Notes under the pieces: model-generated | What the model saw: only the letters and a program-made list of their open reading frames with translations | What the model was told of the DNA's origin: nothing | The model's database searches: none | Translations under genes and position numbers: made by a program | Source of the DNA: Macrostomum lignano | Lineage: Eukaryota | DNA: 64,000 nucleotides | Direction of reading: 5' to 3' | Assembly: GCA_002269645.1 (NCBI GenBank) | Contig: NIVC01000725.1 | Coordinates: 558,296 to 622,295 of the forward strand | Shown here: in pieces, positions 1 through 11,300 of the stretch | How positions within the stretch are numbered: the first letter of the stretch is position 1 | How the letters are laid out: every line of letters begins with the position of its first letter

Positions 1-640
1 AGATTTGATTCTCGCGCAAATGTGTTGCTAGTGCGGAAGCGGGACAGATAAGCAGGCATTCGGAGGCCTGCGGCAGAAAAACTTCCAGTTGCCGCTCCTT
101 GAATTGGTTTGTCTTTGACCTGTTGAGCATCAGCCGCAGACCACCGGGGCACGCTGATAGGCAGCTCCGGGGAAGAGCGTCCGCAGCGGTGGATGGTAAG
201 AGCTCGCCGAGCCTAAGGACTCCCCACCAGGCCACCAGCAATGCTGCCTTGAAGGCGGCCAGCAAACGGGGCGGCAGCGAATGACGTAGCTCGGTGGAGC
301 TGCAGAGCAGGCGGACGTGGCTGGGCTTCAGCGGCGTCGCACGCCGAGGCTGCCGGCTCAGAAGACGCCGAGCCAAGCGACACACAAGAGCCAGGCGAGC
401 GCTGCCCTTGGTCAGCAGGTCTGGCGACGCGGAAGCCCTATGTAGGAAAGACACCGCGCTGAGGCTTGACTGCACATTGGAGTAGGACGCCGGTCCACGT
501 TGTAACAGGAACGAGACAAGTTGGCAGACATCAGACTCGGAGGCGGCGGTCGCGGGAATTCGACGCTGCCGGCAGAATTTGTTCCAGACTTGTAAGTGGC
601 TCGCATAGGACTTCCTGGAACTAGGCGCTAGTGACAGGCG
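1..640 (-). pseudogene. Tyrosine recombinase (YR) ORF of the retroelement, N-terminal part; continues beyond the window
   Basis: Manual translation of the minus strand, absent from the ORF track: LSLAPSSRKSYASHLQVWNKFC...SYSNVQSSLSAVSFLH...AALLVAWWGVLRLGELLP...LMLNRSKTNQFKERQLEV. This contains the SAM-like N-domain, the catalytic R and the K motif. Confidence 0.85.
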
Positions 641-786
641 GCACAGAGCGGACACAGACACGGTGGAGCGGAGCGGAGCGCGGCTGCGACCTGTGAATGA
701 AGAGCGGTGCGAGACACGGCAGAAATGGTGTGGGAAGCAAATCGAAAGGGCAAATGCATAAAGAGCCGTAAAGACGGCAGCAAAAA

Positions 787-2348
787 TTAATGAGCTCTCT
801 GCTCGAGCCCCCCCATTCTAGAAGCGGAGTCGCTCAGCAGCTGCATCTGGCCAGGAAGGTGGAACGCCTGGAGCTGAATTCCCGACGTGAGGCACACGAG
901 AGCAACGGTCTGATAGATGCGAATGAGCAGAGGATGCCGACAGGACAGCTTATTGACCATGCCGACGGCAGCAGTGCTATCCGAGTAAATCACCACGCGG
1001 CTGTTCCTAAGCTGCTCGCGGAAGTGCAGGATGGTAAGCAGCGGAGCCAGCGCCTCCTTGTGGTTGATGTGAAGGTCGCGGAACTTGCTCTCGAAGTCCT
1101 TCTCCCAGCTGAAGTACGTCCAGTCATTGAATTCGCTGCCAAAGACGATGCCAGCAGTACCCTCGCAACTGCTATCAGATTCGATGGCCACAAGTTGACG
1201 AAAACCGGGGCGAATGACCGTCGGCGGCAGAGAACTCACGACGCGCAGCCACCAGAAGAAGAGGTTGCGAAGCTCAGATGGCAGCCGGGTGTCAATTTTG
1301 TAGTTGAGGATGTCGAAGAGTGGGCGCAGGAAAGGACGCAAAAGCCTGTTGATCTGGCTGAGCCGGCACAACTTGCCGGCCAGTTTTTCGAGCTGCTTCA
1401 GCTTAACAACGTCACGTGACAGGCAATCGTTCAGCAGTTTCCGAATGTCGTCTTTCTTGTTTATTCGAAGTGACAGAGTGCTGTTCACAGTGCCAAAAAG
1501 GACGCCAAGAAACACAACGTGTTGAGCTGGAGCCACGGTCTTCTGCCAGTTGATGTCGAAGCCTAAGTTCTGCAGCAGATCAACCAGATAATTGAAGGCC
1601 TCCTGAGCCGCTTCTTTAGTATCAGCGGCTACTGCCCAGTCGTCCAAGTAGTTGACGGTAGCTGTGAAGCCAATGCTGAGCATGTGGCGCTGGATGCAGG
1701 CCGATAAGCGATGGAAAATTTCACATGACGCTCGAGCACCAAAGGGAACCGGATGTCAACGAGCACCGAGTCATCGCTGTCGGCAGCAAACCGCCAGCTG
1801 AGGCCCGTGAGCACCTGGTCGTCTGGGTGAATACCGACAGAACGATAGGCCTGTTTGAGGTCGATTTTGCCGATAAACGAGCTTGGGCGAAGATAGCGGG
1901 TCAGGTCTTGGACAGAGGCGAAGCGCAGCCCCTTTCCCTGCTCATAGCTGTCGTTGACGGAGGACCCCGAAGGTCTAGAAAGGTCATGAAAGACCCGGAC
2001 ACTGCCGTCAGATTTTGAAATCGCCCCGATTGCGTTCACCATGACAGGGCCATTGGCAAGCTGCAAGCGGCCGAGACGGAGCTCCTCGGCAAGCTGTTCA
2101 TCAACCTGCTTGGCTTGGTCCAAGGCTGAGCGGTAGTTGGCGGAGCAGGCAAGAGAAGGCGGCGACCTATTGACGAGCCGAAAGCCGTAACTAAGGCCGC
2201 TGCGAAGAAAATTTTCGTCTTGGTCACCCAGAAGCAGCGGCTCCCAGGCGGCAAGGTTCATGTCGGACGACAGAGAGCGGCGCGGTGGAGAGAGCAGGGT
2301 GGGAGCAGAGCAATGAGCAGAGGGAGGCAAGATAAAAGGCGACGGCAA
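787..2348 (-). pseudogene. Reverse transcriptase / RNase H of the DIRS/Ngaro-like element, split by a frameshift near 1750
   Basis: ORFs 1629-2348 and 787-1683 join into one RT: VRVFHDLSRP, KIDLKQAYRSVGI, (R)LPFGARASCEIF across the shift, VNYLDDW, FLGVLF, then RNase H motifs. Confidence 0.9.
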
Positions 2349-2379
2349 ACGGGGGTAAAAAGCAGGGCGGCTATAAAAG

Positions 2380-3208
2380 ATCTAGTTTTTGCTCCCTCCA
2401 CAGCGTCGCCGCCGACGCCGGCCGGACGGTGCTGGTGCGCGGGTTGCGGCGGGCCGCAGTCGCGCAGCTTGCAGACGTGACGGTACCTACAGGAGGACCG
2501 CTGGCAGCCGGCAGGGGAGTTGTAGCTTAGGCAGATGGGAGCTTGCAACTGGTTGGATGCTGGCCTGCTCAGGGTGACTTTTAAGTTTCTTGGTGCGTTA
2601 AGGTGTCGGTGGTACAGCTGTGGAGGCTCGCAGCCCCATCGATGCGAATCCGAGTCTGCGATCAACTTTCTGTAATCCTCATCGAATCCCACACGACACT
2701 TGGACTGTAGTTGGCGTCTAAGAGCTCGCCGATCTTCTGTGAGTACTCCAGATAGCCTTTTAATTCGTCAACATTGACAGATCCATCCTCATTAATGTGA
2801 ATCAGCGACCCATCATCAACTAGTCGAAGCAAAATCTTAGAGTTCCCTGCAATCCACTGGCCGACAGAGATTTTCCCCAAGCTGGGTGGCTGCTTCTTAA
2901 AGACCAGGTTGCCGTTCTCCATGCAGGCTGTGAGGCTCTCATTAGGTTGATTTGAACTGGGCTTGACAAAATCGCGAATCAGATAAGCCCTGCGAGGCTT
3001 TTTGTCACACTGGCTTCTGCCGGGATCTGTAAGAGCGCCGCCTAACAAAAACGCCTCATGCAAGCCAGCATTTTCTCTCCGCTCACCTTGTTGTGGAGGT
3101 TCCTGAGACAGGTGATTCTGCGACTGATTGAGCTCGCTTTGCAGTTGTGCGCGGCGCCGAGTCAGGGCTTCAATCTCCAGCTGCTCGACCTCATTCCTCA
3201 GAGCCTCT
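2380..3208 (-). pseudogene. Gag-like ORF with CCCH/CCHC-type knuckle, frameshifted near 2680, cut 5' by a minisatellite
   Basis: EALRNEVEQLEIEALTRRR is in frame with ORF 2662-3063, then continues in a second frame as FDEDYRK...W...CLSYNSPAGCQRSSCRYRHVC, as in DIRS-type gags. Confidence 0.7.
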
Positions 3209-3221
3209 GATTAATCAGGTT

Positions 3222-3690
3222 ATGTGGTTTGTGGCGCCATTCTTATAGGAGGCCATGTTGTTTGTGGCTCCATTATAAAACCATGTTGTTTGTGGCGCCA
3301 TTATTAGTAGGCTATGTTGTATGTGGCGCCATTCTTAGTATTATGTGTTTTGTAGCGCCATTCTTAGTAGACCGTGTGATTTGTGACGCCATTTTTAGTA
3401 GGCCATGTTGTTTGTGGCGCCATCCTTAGTAGGCCATGTTGTTTGTGGCGCCATTCTTAAAATATTATGTGGTTTGTAGCGCCATTCTTATAGGAGGCCA
3501 TATCGTTTGTGGCGCTATTTTTGGGAGGCCATGGGGTTTGTGGCGCCATTCTTATAAAATCATGTGGTTTGTGGCGCCATTCTTATAAAATCATGTGGTT
3601 TGTGGCGCCATTCTTATAAAATCATGTGGTTTGTAGCGCCATTCTTATAAAATCATGTGGTTTGTGGCGCCATTCTTATAAATCATGTTT
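3222..3690. repeat. 31-bp minisatellite TGTGGCGCCATTCTTATAAAATCATGTGGTT
   Basis: About 15 tandem units, degenerate on the left. Confidence 0.95.
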
Positions 3691-3762
3691 TGATGCCTGT
3701 TTCTAAGAACTGTCTGCTTCTCTTTTTAAGAAACTCTGACGTACATATTTCGCTCTCGCCAG

Positions 3763-5692
3763 GTGCCTCGGCCTGAGTACACCAAATTGCACGCGCTGTT
3801 ACGCGGGTCACGCTACTGCTTCAGCATGGTCACCGTCGTGTTCATGGTGGCCCTTGTGCTAGCCGTATTGGTCGGGGTGATCACCTATCGCGTTGCTATG
3901 CTAGTGGTGTTCTCCTCAATCTCCGGCCTTGGCGTGTTCATGAGTAACCTGCGGCTAATCACTACTGGCACTGCAGCTTGTATCAACTTTGTCTGCATTC
4001 TGCTGCTCAACCAGCTGTACAAGCGTCTGGCCATGTGGCTGACTAAACTGGAGCGACCTCGTACGGAGACCGACTTTGAGGATTCCTATACTATCAAGAT
4101 GTACTGCTTTCAGTTTGTTAACTATTATTCGTCACTGTTTTATATCGCTTTTCTCAAAGGCTCGTTTGCTGGTAGGCCCGGAGATTATGCCAGGTAAGAC
4201 TTGGGTGTGAGATTTTAATGATTTCTGGGTGTGAGATTTTCTTGAGATTCTCATGATTTCTAGGTGTGAGATTTTCTTTGAGATTTTCATGATTTCTGGG
4301 TGTGAGATTTTCTTTGAGATTCTCATGATTTCTGGGTGTGAGATTTTCTTGAGATTCTCATGAGTTCTCGGTGTGAGATTTTATTGAGATTCTCATGAGT
4401 TCTGAGTGTGAGATTTTCTTGAGATTCTCAATTTCTGGGTGTGAGATTTTCTTTGAGATTCTCATGAGTTCTGGATGTGAGATTTTCATGAGTTTTGGCG
4501 TGAGATTTTCTTGAGATTCTTATGAGTTCTGGGTGTGAGATTTTCTTGAGATTCTTATGAGTTCTGGGTGAGAGATTTTCATGAGTTCTGGTGTGAGATT
4601 TTCTTGAGATTCTCATGAGTTCTGGAAATGAGATTTCTTGAGATAATGGAAAAAATTTAACGGGAAATTTTCACTGAAGATTTTGTGGGATTTTTGTGTT
4701 TTTTTTATACTTCGCATATCAGATATGATTGTAAGAACCCCCTACGTACCTCATTAACCATGGCAACCACTTCAATCACCCAAAGGTTCCCAATGCTTGA
4801 CGGTGTCCGTCTGGAAGAGTGCGACCCGGCTGGCTGCCAAGTGGAGCTGGTGGTCCAAATGCTCATCGTGTTTGTTGCTAAGCAACTGCTCAACTCCGCC
4901 ACCGAGGTTGGTCCGCCTCTAATCCGTAGAATACTGGGCAGCCGCCGGCAGAAACAGTGTGCAGCAGCCAATGCTGCGGACTCTAACAAGCCGCCCTGGC
5001 TGAAAGACCACTGCCTGACACCTGTTGATCACCTGCAACTATTCGACGAATACCTGGAAATGGTGCTACAGTTCGGTTTTGTTGTGCTGTTTGTTGCCGC
5101 AATGCCGCTGGCCCCGCTGTTTGCCATGCTAAATAATGTCATTGAAATCCGGCTGGACGCTTGGAAAATGGTCGCCCTGATGCGTAGGCCGGTTGCTAGG
5201 CGGGCCAGAGACATTGGAGCCTGGTTCGGCATCCTTACCAGCATCAGCGCTCTGTCTGTAGTGACCAATGCTGTCATTGTTGGCTTCACATCCGAGCAGA
5301 TACCCAAGCTGGTGTACCAGTTCACTGATGGCAGAGGCAGTCTGGATGGCTACATGAGCTGGCGTTTGTCTCTGTTTAATGTGTCCGATTTCGAGACCCA
5401 GTCTGTCCCTAGAATAGCTGACAGTGCAGCTGAGGTAAACGTGACTCAATGCCGCTATCGGGACTTCCGTTATCCGCCTGACAGCGCTAACAGGTACGAG
5501 TACAGCACCGCTTACTGGCACGTGCTTGCCGCTAGGATGGCTTTTGTGCTGGTGTTTGAGCACTTTGTACTGGTGCTGAAGGCTCTGATTGATCTAGCTG
5601 TGCCAGACAAGCCTGGCGTGGTTAAAGAGGAGATGAAGCGAGAACGGGAGCTGCTGAGGAAGGCGCTGTTTACGCATGCTAAAACTAATTGA
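3763..5692 (+). CDS. ANO: Anoctamin / TMEM16 family protein, last two coding exons (3763-4193, 4786-5692; 445 aa partial)
   Basis: Motifs ERPRTETDFEDSYTIKMYCFQFVNYYSSLFYIAF, EEC.P.GC..EL..Q, DEYLEMVLQFGFVVLFVAAMPLAPL..LNNVIEIRLDA, RARDIGAW. CAG|3763, 4193|GTAAG and AAG|4786 keep the frame (phase 2); TGA at 5690-5692. Upstream exons lie outside the window. Confidence 0.93.
4202..4640. repeat. 35-bp intronic minisatellite GGGTGTGAGATTTTCTTGAGATTCTCATGAGTTCT
   Basis: Tandem units starting 8 nt after the anoctamin donor. Confidence 0.95.
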
Positions 5693-5814
5693 CCATTTTT
5701 TGTGATAATTTGAGCAAATTTTTAACCTTTTTTTCACCTGGTATCAATCTATTATCTATCTCAGAGTTCTTAACTCTCACATAAATCTGCAACTAATTTC
5801 AAATCCCTAAATCA

Positions 5815-6230
5815 GTTACCTAAACTGATCCAAATCCCATAATTATTTAGTCTCTAAACTGATCCCAAATCCCATAATTATTCAGTCCCTAAACTGATCC
5901 CAAATCCCATAATTATTCAATCCCTAAACTGATCCCAAATCCCATAATTATTTAGTCCCTAAACTGATCCCAAATCCCATAATTATTCAGTCCCTAAACT
6001 GATCCCAAATCCCATAATTATTTAGTCTCTAAACTGATCCCAAATCCCATAATTATTTAGTCTCTAAACTGATCCCAAATCCCATAGTTATTTAGTCTCT
6101 AAACTGATCCCAAATCCCATAATTATTTAGTCTCTAAACTGATCCCAAATCCCATAATTATTTAGTCTCTAAACTGATCCCAAATCCCATAATTATTTAG
6201 TCTCTAAACTGATCCCAAATCCCATAATTG
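5815..6230. repeat. 35-bp minisatellite TAAACTGATCCCAAATCCCATAATTATTTAGTCTC (anoctamin 3' region)
   Basis: About 12 near-identical tandem units. Confidence 0.95.
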
Positions 6231-6859
6231 CCTTAATCTAATACCTGAGGTTTGCACGCTGTATTGCCACAATTTTAAACGGTATTTTCGTCTGTAATCG
6301 ATAGTATTTAGATGTGTTTTAACATTATTTTACTAATTATTTGGTTGAAACTGTTTTACAATTTTTTTGTTTATCTTTACATGATGACGCAACATTCCTG
6401 AGCATCAGCTTCCGAACAAACTATATACATTTTTACCTGATATTTATTTGACATATTTATAACTTCTAAAATAACCAGAAATCTCAATTGTTATTATTTC
6501 TGTCTTGCGGTTTCCACAATCAATGAAATTTTCTTATAAATTATTGTTGTGGCCTAACTGTTAGCCGACTTTATTATTTTCATATCGACCAAACTAAATA
6601 TTATATTATACTATAATCTGTTGTGTGCACAAAACCAAATTTGTTTATTCACTGTTTTGCCAGACTTTTAAACACAATTTTTGTGTCATATTTAAATTCT
6701 TGAGCCTTTTGTGTCTCAAATATATATAACGGTATACATTCACCAAACAGTTTTTCTACTGCTAACTGTCGGCTTGTATCTCTCTGTTGCTTCTTTCATA
6801 AAAATTGATAAATGTTGAAAAAATTAACAGTTAACTTTTAATGTTGCTGAGCCACTGCC

Positions 6860-8310
6860 GGCCTCCCAGATCCCCAGTTGCTGGGGCAGCCTCCCAGATC
6901 CTCAGTTGCTGGGCCAGCTTCCCAGATCCTCAGTTGCTGGGCCAGCCTTCCAGATCCCCAGTTGCTGGGCCAGCTTCCCAGATCCTCAGTTGCTGGGCCA
7001 GCCTCCCAGATCCCCAGTTGCTGTGCCAGCCTCCCAGATCCCCAGTTGCTGTGCCAGCCTCCCATATCCTCAGTTGATGGGCCAGCCTCCCAGATCCTCA
7101 GTTGCTGGGCCAGCCTCCCAGATCCCCAGTTGCTGGGCCAGCCTCCCAGATCCCCAGTTGCTGGGCCAGCCTCCCAGATCCCCAGTTGCTGGGCCAGGCC
7201 AGCCTCCCAGATCCCCAGTTTCTGGGCCAGTTTCCCATATCCTCAGTTGATGGGCCAGCCTCCCAGATCCTCAGTTGCTGGGCCAGCTTCCCAGATCCTC
7301 AGTTGCTGGGCCAGCTTCTCAGATCCTCAGTTGCTGGGCCAGCCTCCCAGATCCCCAGTTGCTGGGCCAGCCTCCCAGATCCCCAGTTGCTGGGCCAGGC
7401 CAGCCTCCCAGATCCCCAGTTTCTGGGCCAGTTTCCCATATCCTCAGTTGATGGGCCAGCCTCCCAGATCCCCAGTTGCTGTGCCAGCCTCCCAGATCCC
7501 CAGTTGCTGTGCCAGCCTCCCATATCCTCAGTTGATGGGCCAGCCTCCCAGATCCTCAGTTGCTGGGCCAGCCTCCCAGATCCCCAGTTGCTGGGCCAGC
7601 CTCCCAGATCCCCAGTTGCTGGGCCAGCCTCCCAGATCCCCAGTTGCTGGGCCAGGCCAGCCTCCCAGATCCCCAGTTTCTGGGCCAGTTTCCCATATCC
7701 TCAGTTGATGGGCCAGCCTCCCAGATCCTCAGTTGCTGGGCCAGCTTCCCAGATCCTCAGTTGCTGGGCCAGCTTCTCAGATCCTCAGTTGCTGGGCCAG
7801 CCTCCCAGATCCCCAGTTGCTGTGCCAGCCTCCCAGATCCCCAGTTGCTGTGCCAGCCTCCCATATCCTCAGTTGATGGGCCAGCCTCCCAGATCCTCAG
7901 TTGCTGGGCCAGCCTCCCAGATCCCCAGTTGCTGGGCCAGCCTCCCAGATCCCCAGTTGCTGGGCCAGCCTCCCAGATCCCCAGTTGCTGGGCCAGGCCA
8001 GCCTCCCAGATCCCCAGTTTCTGGGCCAGTTTCCCATATCCTCAGTTGATGGGCCAGCCTCCCAGATCCTCAGTTGCTGGGCCAGCTTCCCAGATCCTCA
8101 GTTGCTGGGCCAGCTTCCCAGATCCTCAGTTTCTGGGCCAGTTTCCAAGATCCTCAGTTGCTGGGCCAGCCTCCCAGATCCTCAGTTTCTGGGCCAGCCT
8201 CCCAGATCCCCAGTTTCTGGGCCAGTTTCCCAGATCCCCAGTTTCTGGGCCAGTTTCCCAGATCCCCAGTTTCTGGGCCAGTTTCCCAGATCCCCATTTG
8301 CTTTTCCAGC
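6860..8310. repeat. 28-bp minisatellite CCTCCCAGATCCCCAGTTGCTGGGCCAG
   Basis: About 50 units with recurring variant blocks; ends about 55 nt before the RBM5-like start. Confidence 0.95.
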
Positions 8311-8367
8311 CTCCCAAAGTGTCAGCTGCTCAGTTAATTTTAATTTCATTGCATGCAACACCGCAGT

Positions 8368-11300
8368 ATGACAGAAGCATCTTCACAGCATACTACTTAC
8401 AATAGTAAATCTCCATCGCGAGAGGACGAGTTATCCAGCAATGCCAACGCGAATAACGGCGGTGAAGAAGCTGCCGCTGTCGCAGATCCCGACGCTCGGC
8501 CGTCTAGCAGCAGTCGACGAACTCGAACCCGAAGCGGCAGTCGCAGCCGCAGCCGATCAAGAGGTCGGGATCGTCGCCGACGGCGTCGCAGTCGTTCCCG
8601 CAGTCGGACTAGAAGTCGCAGCCGAAGTCGTAGCCGCAGCCGACGTAGGAAATATCGATCGCATAGGCACGATAGAGACCGGGATAGAGATCGAGATACA
8701 GATAGAGACCGGGATAGAGAACGAAGAAGAGATCGCGACCGGTCCAGATCGCGTGACCGGGATCGGAATCGGGACCGTGACTGGGATCGGGACTTGGGTG
8801 GCAGCTTGTCCTGGGGCGAGCCGACTACTACCGTGATGGTTCGCGGCCTGCCAGACGCTGTGACCGAGGATATGGTGAGCGCTGATGGCTTTTTGAGTTA
8901 TCGATGTTGGATTCTTGAAGGATGGGATCTCCTTTGGGAGTTGGATTCTCAAGGATGGGATCCTGTCTGTGAGCTGGGTTCTCAAGGATATGGCATCCTG
9001 TCTGTGAGTTGGGTTCTCAAGGATATGGCATCCTGTCTGTGAGTTGGGTTCTCAAGGATATGGCATCCTGTCTGTGAGTTGGGTTCTCAAGGATATGGCA
9101 TCCTGTCTGTGAGTTGGGTTCTCAAGGCTGGGATCTATATGCTGGAATGTGATGCACTAATGAGTGGCTTACCTTATGCGAGCGTAAAGCAGCAACTCTG
9201 TGACAAACAATTGCAGATCTGCGCCCGTCTGGCCCAAGACAGCATCCTGTCCAAGGAGATTCGGCTGGTTCGAGATAAAAAGACAGGTTAGGTCCACTTC
9301 TGTAACTGAGGGATTAACAATATCAGTATTACCTGTATAAGTTTTCTGCACCAGGTGTTTCGATATACTTTTGCAAAACTAATCACGCTATCGCTGGTAA
9401 GTAGTATAGGGAGCTATCTCGGATCCCGGATCTACCTGCCTGTTGGAGCGACGCAAAAATGGCAAAAATCAGTCAATCAGTCAGTCAATCAATCAATCAA
9501 TGAATCAACGAATCACTGAGCAATTTAACCGACCCGGTCGCCGCTCCCCCGACCACCAACCCTTTCTCCTTAATTAATTCAGGACAATCGCGCGGATTCG
9601 CCTTTGTGGAGTTTGACACAGTGCCGCAGGCCCAGGCTTGGATGGAGTCGCAACAAGTAATTCGAATTTTTAAAGAGGCCGAAGTTTCGCCATTCAAATT
9701 AATGTATGCTATCTTTATAAACAAAAAGTCGTCACTCCGGCGGCGCGTCGGTTCTGCTGGCGACACCGGCTAAGATGCGAGCGGAGCTTTCAGATTTTTG
9801 TGTGCCAGTTTTTGTGGTAGCTCGGTGCGGTAACTCCGACTGGGACTGCGGGGTGGGGGATCCTCGCGTCCCAATGGGATCGCGGCACTGAGCCCGGCTG
9901 CTGCTCTTCAGATTCAACTCCACCTCTGCTGCTGTCCTGTTCTCAGTGCAGACTCATTCTTTGTGTACGGTTGTTCTCAGTGCAGACTCATTCTTTGTGT
10001 ACGGTTGTTCTTTGTGCAGACTCATTCTTTGTGTACGGTTGTTCTCAGTGCAGACTCATTCTTTGTGTACTGTTGTTCTCAGTGCAGACTCATTCTTTGT
10101 GTACGGTTGTTCTCAGTGCAGACTCATTCTTTGTGTACGGTTGTTCTCAGTGCAGACTCATTCTTTGTGTACGGTTGTTCTCAGTGCAGACTCATTCTTT
10201 GTGTACGGTTGTTCTCAGTGCAGACTCATTCTTTGTGTACGGTTGTTCTCAGTGCAGACTCATTCTTTGTGTACTGTTGTTCTCAGTGCAGACTCATTCT
10301 TTGTGTACGGTTGTTCTCAGTGCAGACTCATTCTTTGTGTACGGTTGTTCTCAGTGCAGACTCATTCTTTGTGTACGGTTGTTCTCAGTGCAGACTCATT
10401 CTTTGTGTACGGTTGTTCTCAGTGCAGACTCATTCTTTGTGTACGGTTGTTCTCAGTGCAGACTCATTCTTTGTGTACTGTTGTTCTCAGTGCAGACTCA
10501 TTCTTTGTGTACGGTTGTTCTCAGTGCAGACTCATTCTTTGTGTACGGTTGTTCTCAGTGCAGACTCATTCTTTGTGTACGGTTGTTCTCAGTGCAGACT
10601 CATTCTTTGTGTACTGTTGTTCTCAGTGCAGACTCATTCTTTGTGTACGGTTGTTCTCAGTGCAGACTCATTCTTTGTGTACGGTTGTTCTCTGTGCAGA
10701 CTCATTCTTTGTGTACGCTTGTTCTCTGTGCAGACTCATTCTTTGTGTACTGTTGTTCTCAGTGCAGACTCATTCTTTGTGTACTGTTGTTCTCAGTGCA
10801 GACTCATTCTTTGTGTACTGTTGCACACTGCTCCCCTTTCCCCTCCTCTCCTGGTCTCCCCTCTACTCCCTCCCGTGTCTTTTCCTTCTCCCTTCTCTTC
10901 TCTCTCTTATCTCTCTTTCACTATCTTATCTCCTCCGCTCTCCTTTCCTCTCCCCCTCTCCTCTCTCCATCTCCCTCTCCCCTACTCTCCTCTCTCCCTT
11001 AGGTCATTGAGGTTTAGTCTAGGACCAGAGCAGGAGACTATTTATGCATAATCAGACGATCTGTTCACTAGGCGGGTTTACTATATTACTTCCTAATGAT
11101 TTTATTGGAGATATTAAACTCCAATAAACAAAATAAAGTTTAAAATCAAAAAGGCTTCCAGTTGACATCAGGTTTGGCCGAATCAGCAGCAGTGCACAGA
11201 TGATGAGATAACTGCCCGATCTTCTCGGTCGCTGTTGCTAACCCTCGGGCTGGTCTAACACGCTGCTACCCCTCCCTCTCCTCCCTACTGCATTTTAGGG

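Larger units (their letters stand above)
1..3210 (-). mobile_element. Tyrosine-recombinase retrotransposon (DIRS/Ngaro-like), degenerate; gag - RT - RNase H - YR; runs off the window start; probably intronic in the anoctamin gene
   Basis: Minus-strand order: gag-like coiled coil and CCCH knuckle; RT (GKIDLKQAY, LPFG, YLDD); RNase H (IESDSS, HINHKE, YSDS, SDSASR); YR (LAPSSRKSY, WWGVLRLGELLP, RSKTNQF). Frameshifts near 2680 and 1750. Confidence 0.9.

Noticed and set aside
765-778. Hairpin GCCGT-AAAG-ACGGC at the RNase H/YR junction
   Set aside because: A 5-bp stem is too short to support any functional claim.
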